This document shows, piece by piece, positions 1-11,874 of a stretch of 64,000 nucleotides of DNA (its first letter is position 1; each line of letters opens with the position of its first letter). Both the position numbers and the translations under genes were made by a program. The notes under the pieces are model-generated. The model did no database searches, was not told the origin of the DNA, and saw nothing but the letters and a program-made list of their open reading frames with translations. Source of the stretch: Nageia nagi (lineage: Eukaryota; Plantae; Pinophyta); contig JBITNC010000001.1 in NCBI GenBank assembly GCA_050084985.1, forward strand, positions 141,856,001-141,920,000, in the 5' to 3' direction.

Positions 1-308
1 GCTCAACACATTTTTGATACCCTTTGTCTATTAGAAATTTTTTGTTGTAATTTGAATTTTCTTTGGAGAAGAATCCAAATCTTAGTGATTATATTATGAT
101 TTCCATAGTTTCAGAAGTCGTTGCTCATAAAAGATCAAGCCGAACCAATATAATGAAACCTAAAAAAATCATGTGTGATACAAATATTTGTTTATCATTG
201 TTGTGAGGCTCCTTGAGTTTTTTTTTTGTAATAACCCAATTTGAGTCGACTTGGCTATGTACTTGGCTTGACCATTTTTACAGCCACAAACAATTCATGA
301 TTCAAATG

Positions 309-483
309 TGAATCCTTGATTTCAACTGTGCTTGACCACATGACCCATTGGTTAGCATACTTGGATATGCAATAAAAGATTTTTTCTAGCAAGAATGAAT
401 CCTTGATTTCAATTGGGCTTGACCACATGACCCATTGGTTAGCATACTTGGATATGCAATAAAACATTTTTTCTAGCAGGAAT
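309..483. repeat. Tandem duplication, two copies of ~87 bp
   Basis: 'ccttgatttcaa...gaccacatgacccattggttagcatacttggatatgcaataaaa...ttttctagca' starts at 314 and again at 401. This explains the internally repeated ORF 255..497. Confidence 0.9.
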
Positions 484-759
484 TGTTTTTTCTTCAATAT
501 TTTACCTAGTCATTCAATTGATGATTGGCTTGGAAAGATTTTGAGTAAACGTGTCATTCTTACTCTTCAACCATGCTGAGTACGATCATGAGAGAATACA
601 ATGGATTAAATGGTATCAGGCCTTATGGCTTTTTGTTTTGGATAAGGGAATTAAAATGAAACAATACGCCAAACATAAATATCTCAACAAATATCTTTTT
701 AGCTTTTTGAAATATGAAAGGAAAACAAGTAAAATGCCAGCCTATATACATGATAATGT

Positions 760-2960
760 TGAAAGAAAGGAAGGAAATATATTAATGTCCATAGGAGGCC
801 AAAAGCGGTCTATGGGACTAAATGCACAAGAAATTGTAAGATAACTTGCAAAGCCCCCTAGAGGGCCCACCCTATGTCTAGAGTACAACTAATTACTTCA
901 GTCCAAGGCCTCTCTAGGAGAGAACGTGCGGGTGTTCTCCACCTTGAGGTGAGATCTCGCTAATTACTACAAGCCGTGTTTGTGGAGTTGCTCCTAGAGG
1001 GGAAAAAGGATGAGATCCATTGAGTCCTCAATGGCACTTGAGTGTCTTGCAGGCATCTCTTGGTAAAACATGTAAAATGCTATAGGTCGTCCCCTCATCT
1101 CTTATGGGTCTCCTCAGGGGAGGAGGCTTGAAAAAGAACATAAAACGAGTCCTTATAGGATGCTACATGTGAGATAGGAGGTGCTTCCATAGAAGGAAGG
1201 CCTCTTAGATATAAAGAGCTAGGCATTGGTGGTCAGAATATTGGAAAAATGTAGACAATGAACCTTGTGCATCTCGGAAGAGACATTGGTTGCGATTGCG
1301 AATCTTGTTATAGACTTAGCACCAAAAGATAAAGTGGTCTTCAAACTCGGTCTCCAGTGAGCATAAACAACAAACTCATAGCTCTTGTGCTACATGGTTG
1401 TCTATCTCAATCCTCAATTGATGGGAGAAAACCCAAAATTATCCAAGAGACATCTAAGCTCGGTTCGTTGCATCAATGATTTGTGCTCGATTGGGTGTTG
1501 AATTGTCGCAATTTTCTCTAATTTGTTTTGTAATTTTGAAATGAGTTTGTCCTTTTCAATCATCTGTTGTTGTAGATGGGAAACCAATCCCTGGAATTCG
1601 TTTCCAAAAAGTTCCAGTTGGGTGATACGACTACAAAGTTTGCTACACATATTAGTAGATATTGGAGTCCTTAACACAATCATATTAGTAGAATGTGTAG
1701 CAACGGATTGAGGCAGTCCTTGTTCAACTGTTTGGACTGTGTTTCAATCGTAAGGATTAAATTCTCTGGATTTGTCATTGCGTTTTGCAAAGGAGGAGTT
1801 GCGGGATTGTTAGAATGCTAACAAAATTGGATTGAAGAGCTTTCGGATGTGAACAGGTCAACTCTGGAGGGTCTATGGAATTGGACGAGGATGCTCTAGA
1901 TTGTGAATAGGTCATCGCCAGTTTGAAAACTTGACGACAAACATGCTCAGATATAGTCTGTTAGCATGCCAATGGTGGTACAAGTTGATGAAGAAACAAA
2001 TTGCAATAAACCACTCTAATCCGCTTGTATGCAACAATGGGCAGATAATGTGTTCGATAGAACTCGCATCAAGGCATGGCATGGATCGAGGGAGAAGACC
2101 ACCAGATAGGTGCAGGCGAGTGCAAGCGGAGAGCAGTAGAATCTTGTAGAGTCATGGAATCGAAAACAACCTCTCAAATCATGAAGGTTAGGCGAAGATA
2201 GTCGGGCGGAGCTGGGCGTAGGGGATTGCGATGTAGAGCCAAAAATGGATCCTCACGCCAACACGGTTAGATCTTAGAGTAATGTCGTAGAAGGGTGGGA
2301 GCTCTACTTGGTCGTGAGAGAAACATGTGAGGCGCACGAACAAATATGAACAAGTGCTAGCCAAGGATCACCTAGAGGATGGATCTGACATGGGGACACA
2401 ACTACAGAAGTTAAGCATGATCCGATCACCAGAAACACCTGGCGAACGTGGAGGTGAAGAACACCACAAGAAGCGCTCAACGACAAGGTTTGGCGAAGGC
2501 AGAGGAGCGAGTTTGAATTGTTGAGATGGAAGCCTGGTTGGCCACGAATAATCAGCTAAGTCGTGGTTGAAGACACCATCATAAAATCAATCGGGCGATA
2601 GGATTGGTCTTAACAGAAAGCGTGGAGGAGCCGCAAAAGGTATTGTTGCAAGTTGGGCAAAGGGACCATGAGAAGTTTTGCATCGACAAAAAGAACGATG
2701 TGAACTTGATATCCATGGAGGAGGCATCCCTACCTGGGATTAGTTGTCTCCTAAAAGGTCTCCAAGTTATCAATGTAAAGACCAAAGAGCATTGGAGAGA
2801 GTGGGAAACCCTGTTTCACCCCAATTGAATGGAGAATGCTATTCAAGAAACCTCAAAGTTAGCAACATTTCATGAAAGCATACTTGTTAGAATTGAACTT
2901 GGAAAAAGATTGTTTGGCTGGAGGACTCAGATCAATCGGGAATTGACAAAAAAATTGGCA
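760..2960 (-). mobile_element. 5'-truncated, decayed non-LTR retrotransposon (RTE/RTEX-like LINE)
   Basis: Minus strand ~2822-2760 translates GVKQGFPLSPMLFGLYIDNLE (non-LTR RT motif), followed by an LFVD-type motif. ~1440-1270 gives SHQLRIEID..VC.LC.LETEFEDHFIFWC (C-terminal Cys/His motif). The 3' end is 'ggacattaatatatttccttcctttctttc', a short-repeat tail rather than poly(A). Confidence 0.75.
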
Positions 2961-2972
2961 AATAGGAAAACT

Positions 2973-2977
<5 letters not shown>

Positions 2978-3004
<27 letters not shown>
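2978..3004. repeat. (TA)n microsatellite
   Basis: Perfect AT dinucleotide run at the LINE/hAT junction. Confidence 0.95.
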
Positions 3005-3009
<5 letters not shown>

Positions 3010-3049
3010 CAAGGCCCTTTTGCATTATTGAAAAAAGGGACCATTTCAT

Positions 3050-5503
3050 CCATAGAAACCCTTACTCCAGTTTGTAACAAACTTAGAAAAGGGGAAAAAG
3101 TATTAGGGGGAGCAAGAAAGTACTTATGCCACATTTGTAACACTAAATTTAGAGGGAGTTACACGATGGTAGAATCTCATCTTACTGATACACCTGGTTC
3201 AAGGGTGATGGTTTGTAGGGGTACGAACATGATGGAGATTACAAAAACCAACAAGCTTGTCCAAGAGGCCAAGCTTAGATTGTTAGGAATGCCTCCTATA
3301 GAGGCAAGCATTTAAGCTTTTGTTGCACATAGGAGTTCTCTAGGTGCAACAAAGATAAGTGGATATCAATTTTCCACTCTACCGTAGCGCACAATGAAAA
3401 AACCAACCAACCAAGATTCATGACATGTTTAATGTGAAATTCAAAGAAGAAGTTGATGATGCCATCGCTCAAATTTTATTTGCACATGACTTACTCTTTT
3501 ATATTACATGTTCCACTTATTTCAAAGTTGCATTCCAAAAAGCATACAAAGAAAGGCCTTCATATGTTGTTCCAAGGGAATATAGGCTACGAACAACCTT
3601 TTTGGACAAGTAATACTTCAAATGTTCCTTGAGCATGGAGGAGATGAGGGAGACATGAATTTGGAAGGGTCGTTCTGTTGATATGGATGGGTGGATTGAC
3701 ATTCGTCAATATTAATCATGTGTGCAACAAACTCTATTTTCTTCAAGTTGTAGATTTTTCAAGGAAAGTGATTTTTTTTTAATAGTACTTCTTAATTTTA
3801 AAAGAGGCTATTGATGAGATATGAGCCTCTAATGTGGTACAAGTCATTACAAATGTATCTCCAATTAGTTAGCGAGCTAGACATAGGGTTGAGCAAGCAT
3901 ATAAACACATCTTTTAGACCCCATGTTGTGTTTATGTGTTGAAAAATGCATTGAAGGACATCAGGAAGATTGATTGGGTCAAGAAAATGGTGGTAGAAGT
4001 GAGGGATGTGCAAATGTATATTTGTAACTACCACACATCTTTAACACTCTTCAGGTCATACTAAACAAAAATACATCAAACATGGAGACACTATATGTGT
4101 AACATAAATTGGAGAGGATGTTGGAGATATAAGAGGCATTGTAGACCATGGTTATCTCTTTAGAGTGGAGGAGGTGGCCAAAGGGGGGAAAGAGAGTCAA
4201 AGACAAAATTTTGGATGACAATTAGTAGTCAGCCTCACAGGTAGGTAATTTTTTTTTTTGAATTTAAAGTTTATGTAGTTTAATGTTTTTGTTTTATTCC
4301 TAAAATTTATAGTTTACTTAGTTTAATTTTTTTGGTTCTTAAAGTTTATTGTATCCTTCATTGCCCTTGTTCTTGATGTTGTCATATATGTTGATATAGA
4401 GACTCCTAGTTTAGGAGAAATATATGAGACATCTGATAACATGTTGGGGAAAATGAACAAGATTAGTAGAGAGATATTGACATGCATTTCTTCGAGGATT
4501 AGATCAGGCCAATCATTCAAAGTAAGATGGGATAGGATGAACACTCCCCCCCATATGGTTGCATACGCAGTAAACAAGTGGTATGCCCCTAAGCTAAGGA
4601 TAGTGCCTCCTAATGAGGATGGTGAGGTTAGTTGTGGGTTCTTAAATGCCCTTCAAAGATGTTTTCAAGAGAGAAGGCAACTATACTTTGGGATGAGTGG
4701 TTGAAATTTTTATTACTCCAAAGTGTAGAGAGGATAGGGCTACCATCGCCTAATCAGATCCCCTTGGATGGTGGTAGTTATATGGAAAGGATGTAGATGC
4801 ACCAAACCTTTTCAATTTGTAATGAGGCTTCTTTCACAGGTTGTGAGTTCGTTTGTTGTTGAGAGGAATTGGTCAACATATAGCTTCATCCACAATGTGA
4901 GAAGGAACATGCTTACCTCTTGTAGAGCATAGAAGCTACTTGCTCTACATAGTTCTCTCCACCTTCGAGCGAGAGTTACTCCACATGTTGATCTAGAGGA
5001 TGCTAGGTAAATCGACAAGGATGAGGAGTAATTGGGGTTGGTTGGATTGGGATTGTTGTGCTTGATGATGCAATCCAATACGATAATTGGTCATATGAGG
5101 AGTTTGACCTACTAGGCAACCCATAAAGGGGCATTATCTCATATTAGCTGCTACCATAGTTTAATTTGGGCCTTTGGCATTGTCATGACTCATTCTATTT
5201 AGTATTATCATTATGGATTTGACTCTTACAACATGAGATTTATGATGACATTGATTTCAGATTTGAGATTTAAATTTGGCATTTCATGTTATTGTTTATT
5301 GTTCAATGTTTATACTTTTAGACTTTAGTTTGATGAATGAGAATGCCAATCTATTGTGTTCAATATTCAAGTTATTTTATATATATTCCTTGAAATTTGT
5401 CCCACTGTTTCTTGTCATCCCCTTCTTTAGACTCTTTGTAACCTTGCCTTTTACTTTTCGAATTTGGAGGTCATCATCAAGGCTATATTCTTTGACTATC
5501 TTG
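3050..5503 (+). mobile_element. Decayed hAT DNA transposon (BED finger, DUF659, hATC transposase remnants)
   Basis: ORF fragments: KYLCHICNTKFRGSYTMVESHL (BED finger); EEVDDAIAQILFAHDLLF...YRLRTTFLD (DUF659-like); RLLSQVVSSFVVERNWSTYSFIHNVRRN at ~4825-4910 (hATC dimerisation). Probable intron GT 4241 to AG 4344. Possible right TIR tgactatcttg at 5493-5503. Confidence 0.8.
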
Positions 5504-5525
5504 TTAACTTGTCCTTGAACACATT

Positions 5526-5743
5526 CTAGACCTACAACACTTTTCTAGCCAGCGTCTAAGCATTTGCGCGTGTCAAGTTAGTTTAAACATACTCACAAGA
5601 GAGGCTCAAACACAAATTTGTATGGATAGTGACTAGACCTACAACACTTTTCTACCCAATGTCTAAGCATTTGCAAGTGTCAAGTTAGTTTACAACATAC
5701 TTTGCAAGAGAGGCCCAAACACAAATCTGTGGGGATAGTGACT
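5526..5743. repeat. Tandem duplication, two copies of ~107 bp
   Basis: 'ctagacctacaacacttttcta...gagaggc.caaacacaaat.tgt...gatagtgact' at 5526 and 5633. Confidence 0.9.
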
Positions 5744-6135
5744 CAGATATGGTAGGCTGGGACTTTTCAAGGCCTTTTATGATACAATTTTGCACCATTG
5801 TGCTGGAGTGACTACTCTACACCATCTTTTTTGTATCTTGACTAAATTTGCCAGTGGATTTCCTTTATGTCAGAATGCTTAGGAGCCATGGAGATTCCTA
5901 AACAGTTCCAATTTGTGTGCTTGGTGGGATTGGATAATGTTTGATTCTTTGGTTGTGTCTAATTGAATGACATTGAGCCCAAATGTGCACACAAAGATTA
6001 TCCTACTTTGGTTATGCAAATAAATATAAAGAGTCATTTGAATGGATATCTCTTTACAGCCACCACTAAGTCAGGGTGGGAATGTGGCCATGGAAAATAT
6101 ATGTGGGATAGTATAAAGTTTAGTATTATGAGAAC

Positions 6136-7902
6136 TATTGATGGAAATTGTGTAATGTATATGCCCTTGGACAATTTCAACCAAAGTATATCATGAACAG
6201 GCTAACGTAGTAACCTGATCTTCGGAGTAGGCCGGTTCCTTATCTATTGGGCATAGATTAAAAGAACAAGTAACAAAAAGAAAACAAAAGAGGGTAGAGT
6301 GCGAGAAATAAAGCAAGAAGGATAGGGAGCAAAAGAAAAGCAGGGGAAGATCACTAGTTCAGTGCAGGCTTTCATAGAACATGAAACCTTGGCAAGAATC
6401 TAGTGTAGCAACCACAGTGCAAGCTTTCACTCTCTAAATTATTCTTCAATTTAACTCTACCATATAAGCAGACACAGTTATACCAACAACTCATTGTTAT
6501 CATTCAGGAAATATCCATTACTTGCCACAATATAACCAGATTAAGAATAATAATGACAAGTGTTGGACAAAAAAGGTCAAGATGGCATTGTATTACTGAT
6601 AGAACAAAAGGTCTTTGAAAACAAATACAAGGAGCAATATTAAGGATTTCGACCCTTTTTGCTTTGTCTTCAACTAAATTTATACTAGGCTAGAGCGGTT
6701 GCAAAATGACTGAAACAAAATAGTTACAAAATAGCCCAAAGATTGTGGCCCTCTTTTAATAAACAACTAACTACCTTTGCCACAAGGCATTTTATTTCTA
6801 AAAACTGAAAGATCTAGAACTGTACTGCCTCTAAATTGCGACGAACATGTTTTTTGGGTGTTATTTGAACTTGCATTATATTTCTAGAAGATTCTCTGAC
6901 TGATTATGATGATTTCGGAGTCTTTCCATCTTCTAGTGCTTATTTCGGAACCTTCTCGATTTTCGGCTCACATTTCGAAGTCTTTTGGTGAAGTTTTGGT
7001 TGGGCGGAGATTTCTTTTGTTACATCTGACATCATCAATCTCCGTACTCCAGTCTTGAAGGCTTTTATTTTCTGCTGACATCACTTTCTTCCTGTGCCTT
7101 TGTAAGTTAAAGCAAGTAACTTCGGGGGATTTTAGTTTTGCATGTGACATCCTCCTCCTTCGGATCTGTTCTTTTGGCCAAAGTGGGTTTCACTTTACTT
7201 CGTTGACGTCATCTCCCTCTCATGCCCCGAGACACATAACTCAGCCATTGCGAAAACTTTTAGCATTACTTGTTGACATCACTACTCTCGGAGTCCGGTT
7301 TTAGACGAAAATAATACTTGCCTATACTTTGTTGACATCACATCTGGAAATTGCTATACTTAGTGCATTTTCTCATCAAAATTGTTCGGGTTTACTTTGT
7401 TGACGTCACCTCCTTTCATGCCCTGGAACACTTAACTCAGCTACCGCAGAAACTTTTAGCATTACTCGTTGACATCACTACTCCCAGAGTTCGGTTTTAG
7501 ACGAAAATAATATTTGCCTATACTCTGCTGACATCACATCCGGAGATTGCTATACTTAGTGCATTTTCTCATCAAAATTGTTTGGGTTTACTTTGCTGAC
7601 ATCACTTCCTTTCATGCCCTGGAACACCTAACGCAGCTACCACGGAAACTTTTAGCATTACTTGCTGCATTACTCATTGACATCACTACTCCTGGAGTTT
7701 GGTTTTAGGTGAAAATAATACTCGCCTATACTTTGCTAACATCACATATAGGAGATTGCCATACTCGGTGCATTTTCTCATCAAAACAGTCCGGAATTTA
7801 TGTAATAGTTAGGAGGAGTTTGCTAAAACACACTTCTTTAGACAAATAAGAACAATACGCGTCGGGAAGCCACTAGAGTGTTAGGCTATGTATGCATATA
7901 CA
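6136..7902 (-). repeat. 3' LTR of Tat element (1767 bp)
   Basis: Direct repeat of 17887-19639. Plus-strand start tattgatgg (vs tgttgatgg in the partner), end catataca. Confidence 0.95.
7190..7795. repeat. Three ~196-bp tandem units inside the LTR (also ~18945-19535)
   Basis: The 'catgccc' anchor recurs at 7221, 7417 and 7613. Each unit has three TGAC(A/G)TCA-type motifs. Confidence 0.9.
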
Positions 7903-8086
7903 GTTTGGTGATATTTGCGGGAAAATTTCGCCTTTTATACAAGAAATTTTGAACCCAGCACAAAACTTTGAAAAGGGAGAGGGACTAAGCTTCAACTTTG
8001 TGAACTTAGGAACTTCTGAACCTTTCCCCAATTTACATGCATTCCGGAGAAGTCCTTTAACCTTGAATGAGCTAAGGCTACAATAT

Positions 8087-11000
8087 TCAAAACTTCATAG
8101 GACACTTGCCCATGTTTGTGCAACAATTGTTGTAAACTAACCCAACCTTTGCCCAAGAATCAAAGAGTTTTAACAAATTTACCTCTCCAAATGAAGATAG
8201 CAGCGCTTCCACATCATTAGTTTTCTTGTTAATTTTTTGAATATTTTTTGAAAATTCTAATTCTGGGATTGGTGAGTCATCAATCTTCCACAATTCTGGG
8301 ACTCCCAATGTAGTTAATTTTTGTAACTTTGTCTTCAGAGTCTTTGTTCTTTGCAATTGATTTAACACATTGTTTCTAATCTCTTGACAAACCCACTTTC
8401 CCTGCACGAGATAATTGATCGTCGCCATAAGTTCAACTCGGTCCTTAATATTTAGGGTTTGTAAACTTTCATTTAAAATTTCATTCAATTTCTTATTTGC
8501 TTTCTTGTCTTCCTCTAATATAGGATAAAGGATACTCTCACTCCTGCCGACATCTACTTCAAGCCTTTTTAATTCCAACAAACTCACTTCAACATGATCC
8601 CTGAGACGAATCAGGTCCTTGATTTATTGGGACTTCTGTTCCCAAAATTTCTCCTTTACAGCTAACAAGAAACCCTTATCTACTTTGTACTTGTTCATAC
8701 TTTGTTGCAATTGAGCTATGTTGGCATTCAGACCGTCAATGATTGAGTCTCTTGCTGCAATTTCTGCTGCTTTTGTGGCTATTTCTGCGTCCTTTTCAAC
8801 AATAGTGGCATCCTTTTTGCTCATGCTGTCGATAGTAGGAGCAGTAGCTAAACTTGCTCTTAAAATAGCTATATTGTTGTTGGCAGCTTTCAACTTGACA
8901 TTTTGAGCAACCAGTTGCTTTTTCATCGCTTCATGAGCCTTTTGAAGCTTGTTATACTTGACCTCCAACTTGGTTAACTCCGATATATTCAGGTCCACAG
9001 TAGTTTGTAGCAACTCATTCTTGTCACTTCGGGGAATGCTTCTCATATCTATCTTCACCCGAGTGTTCATGGAGGTTAAGTCACTCTGCCCCTCCTGAGG
9101 GTCTTGGGCTATAGCCATTTCTAGTATTTTGTTTTTTGTATCCACAAAAGTTCGAAGCCTTGTCGGATTATTCGATGCTGGGATTTTCTTCAATTGCTTC
9201 TGCATCCATTTTCCTTGGTTACTCTTCATTCGTTGGTACTGCTGCATAATTCCATCAACGGACACTTGCTGCTCGGATATAGTAATGAATGGAGAATCGA
9301 CACTCAAATCTTGGGAAGAGGAGGCTACAACTTGTTTTGCCTGTGTTGTAGGACTGGTCTGGCTGGAGCCTGGACCACTGCTACTGATGGGATTCACTAT
9401 GGAAAATACTGGGATTGGTGGCGTTGATGATGGTGGGGGCGATGATGTATGGTGATGATGTCAGTGAGAGGAGCAACAGGGGAAATTGATATGGAGGGGG
9501 TAGGATTATGCCATTGGAAAGGTAGCAGTAATATTGGAATTGGTTGAGTGGTGGGTATCGGAGAAGTCATCACTATTGTAGAAAGGGGGGCTTGAGTGAA
9601 AATGGGTGAGACAACTTGAATGGAAACTGGTATGATAGGGTTTGATGCGGAGGTATCCAAAAAAGTAGGAGGAGAAATATAAAGCGTACCTATTGGAGCG
9701 GGGGTCTTCTTCTTCTTCTTAGGTGAAAGGGGGGCCTTTTGAGCTTTTCTCTTCGCCGCATACACCTCTCGCCCTTTTGATGTCCCTTGTATGGCTTCAA
9801 GGGTAGCTTCTCTAACCTCTTCTTCAGCTTGTTCCTCTTGGCTAATTCCTTGAGCTTCTGGCTGATCTTGTTCTTCTTCTTCATTGTTACTTCTAGGATA
9901 CTCTTCAATAGGGACATCTGAAGGTTGTTCCATCTTCCACATATCCTCGAACACATCATCGAGGTCAGACTCAAGGGGGGTGAATTTATTCCCAGATTCA
10001 ATTCTGTATTGGTTAAATGCGGCAATTTTCTCTTCGCTCCACTTAAGCCTTCTCAACGTAGCCAAAGATTTTTTTGAAATTGAATTAGTCTTTGGATTAA
10101 AAACTACCTTTTTCTCATAGAAACTCATCCATGGCGGTAACAAATCTTTAGCAATCGAAGACATGGGCATTGGTTTATCCTTCTCTTCCGGATTTCTCCA
10201 CCTATCCAGCTCTGGTTTGGCTTCCGCTTTGAAGCTGGGAGGGTTGGGCTGATTTTTCAATCTTTTGCCAAACACATATTCCGGATCATATAACCGATAT
10301 TGATTAATCCTTTTTAACTTCAACCTAAGCAGCTTCTCCTTTAGTTGGTCACCTCCTCCTCTACTTTGGAGTACCAAGTCATGCACCTTGTGAGGTAGAG
10401 CATAGACCAGTCTCTTCTTTGCTGCAGCTCCATATTTTGCATCTACATAATCTATTTGTCTTCCATACTCTATACTGAAGACCTAGTCAGTGACATGTAC
10501 AGGTAACAAGAAAGGAGCTTCGGAAAAACCATAAAGTTTAATGAGTGTCCCTTCCTCCGCGAAGAACCAATCTCCAGTCTCGCCTTAAGGCATCCGAAGA
10601 TACAATTTTGATGCATCTGACAGTCTTGGAATTTCGGGAGCAAACAGACTCATGGCCGGAACTAAAAAGTTTTCCACAAAGCTATAGTAATTGGCCGATG
10701 ACCTTACTTCTTCAATCCATTTATCCACAAACCTAAGAGACCCATTTCCCTCATGTTTAACTAAGGTCAATCTTTTGAAGAATCTCGAATTTTGATGAAT
10801 TACCAACCAAACAATATATGATACATATGCAAAGTGGGATCCTTGATCAATTTCTTCCAATTGTTTTGAAATCCTATCTAGTAAATGGTGGGAGTATTCG
10901 GGTGAGAGATCTGGTAAGCTATGGCAAGCTTTGCCGATGAGATATATTTATCTGACTTTTCCCCTGTTGCTACTGACAACATAGACAACAACAATGGTAG

Positions 11001-11729
11001 GTGCAAGGAGAAACTAGATAAAACTTCATAATTAGGGACCTCTAAGAAATTCACAGCACCATCCACATTCTCGTTGAGCCAAGACAGGATGTTCATCTTC
11101 ATATTCGAGCTTGGTCTTAGGTCCCAATTTATTAAGATAGGGGAAGAGATCGGGGCAGGTGGATTAAAAGTGCTTGCTAAAGATGTAGGGTCTAGGCTAA
11201 GAACCACCTTCCTTACAACCCTCATTTTAAGATCAAACGCCCCTTTGTTTAGCTCTATTAACTCTGGGATTGGAAAACATCTATGGGGAATAAAATACAT
11301 AAGTCCTGACCCCATTGGCGAGTGAGCAATATGATTAAACCCAAAAACAGGATACTTACCTTCTGCGGTGCCCTTTGGATTCTTGTTCTGAGCTGTTATC
11401 TCTATGTCCCATAACAACTCCATTGAATCAACAATCTTTTTTGCAACCATTCCTAGAGTTGGCACCATATTCTTTCCAGATTGCGTTGCGCTTTGAAGTA
11501 TACCCTGTTTTGTTTTAACAATTTTGAATGACGCTTTGCGTTTCTTGGCTCTGTTGAAAATTGGAAACTCAGACAATTGGTACCCTTCAAAAGCTCTAGA
11601 GTTGTATGTTTCGAAATGCACCGCCTTTGCTTCTTTTATTCTTAAATTCCCATGCATCGCATTTGTTTTTTCAATCATGCGACATAACTGCCGCACCGTT
11701 TGTATTAATAATTGATTTGATGCTTCCAA
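8087..11729 (-). pseudogene. Extra sense ORF 3' of integrase (~1,200 codons, broken into five pieces), function unknown; acidic and Pro/Thr-rich linker, coiled-coil C-terminus
   Basis: ORF-track pieces 11729-10878, 10860-10585, 10386-9397, 9397-8624 and 8587-8087 tile the region almost without gaps. It contains PKKKKK (NLS-like) and heptad-like KKDATIVEKDAEIATKAAEIAARD. Confidence 0.75.
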
Positions 11730-11874
11730 GCTTTCCTTGGGAACTCCGATTCCAACGGCACGAAAAATGCATCAAGTTATTAATATTGCCATTAAATAAA
11801 AAATGTACTCTTACTTGAAAATTAAATGCAAACACATCATATTTACAATATTTACAAAGGTAGTATATTTTCTT

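Noticed and set aside
255-497. 80-aa ORF with an internal repeat
   Set aside because: It is a by-product of the 87-bp tandem duplication and has no recognisable domain.
6968-7150. Duplicated 60-aa ORF (also 18718-18900)
   Set aside because: It lies within the two LTR copies, so the duplication reflects LTR identity. The same applies to 35263-35454 and 40031-40222.
8087-11729. Retroviral env gene
   Set aside because: The position is env-like, but I see no signal peptide or transmembrane segment. Left as an unknown extra ORF.
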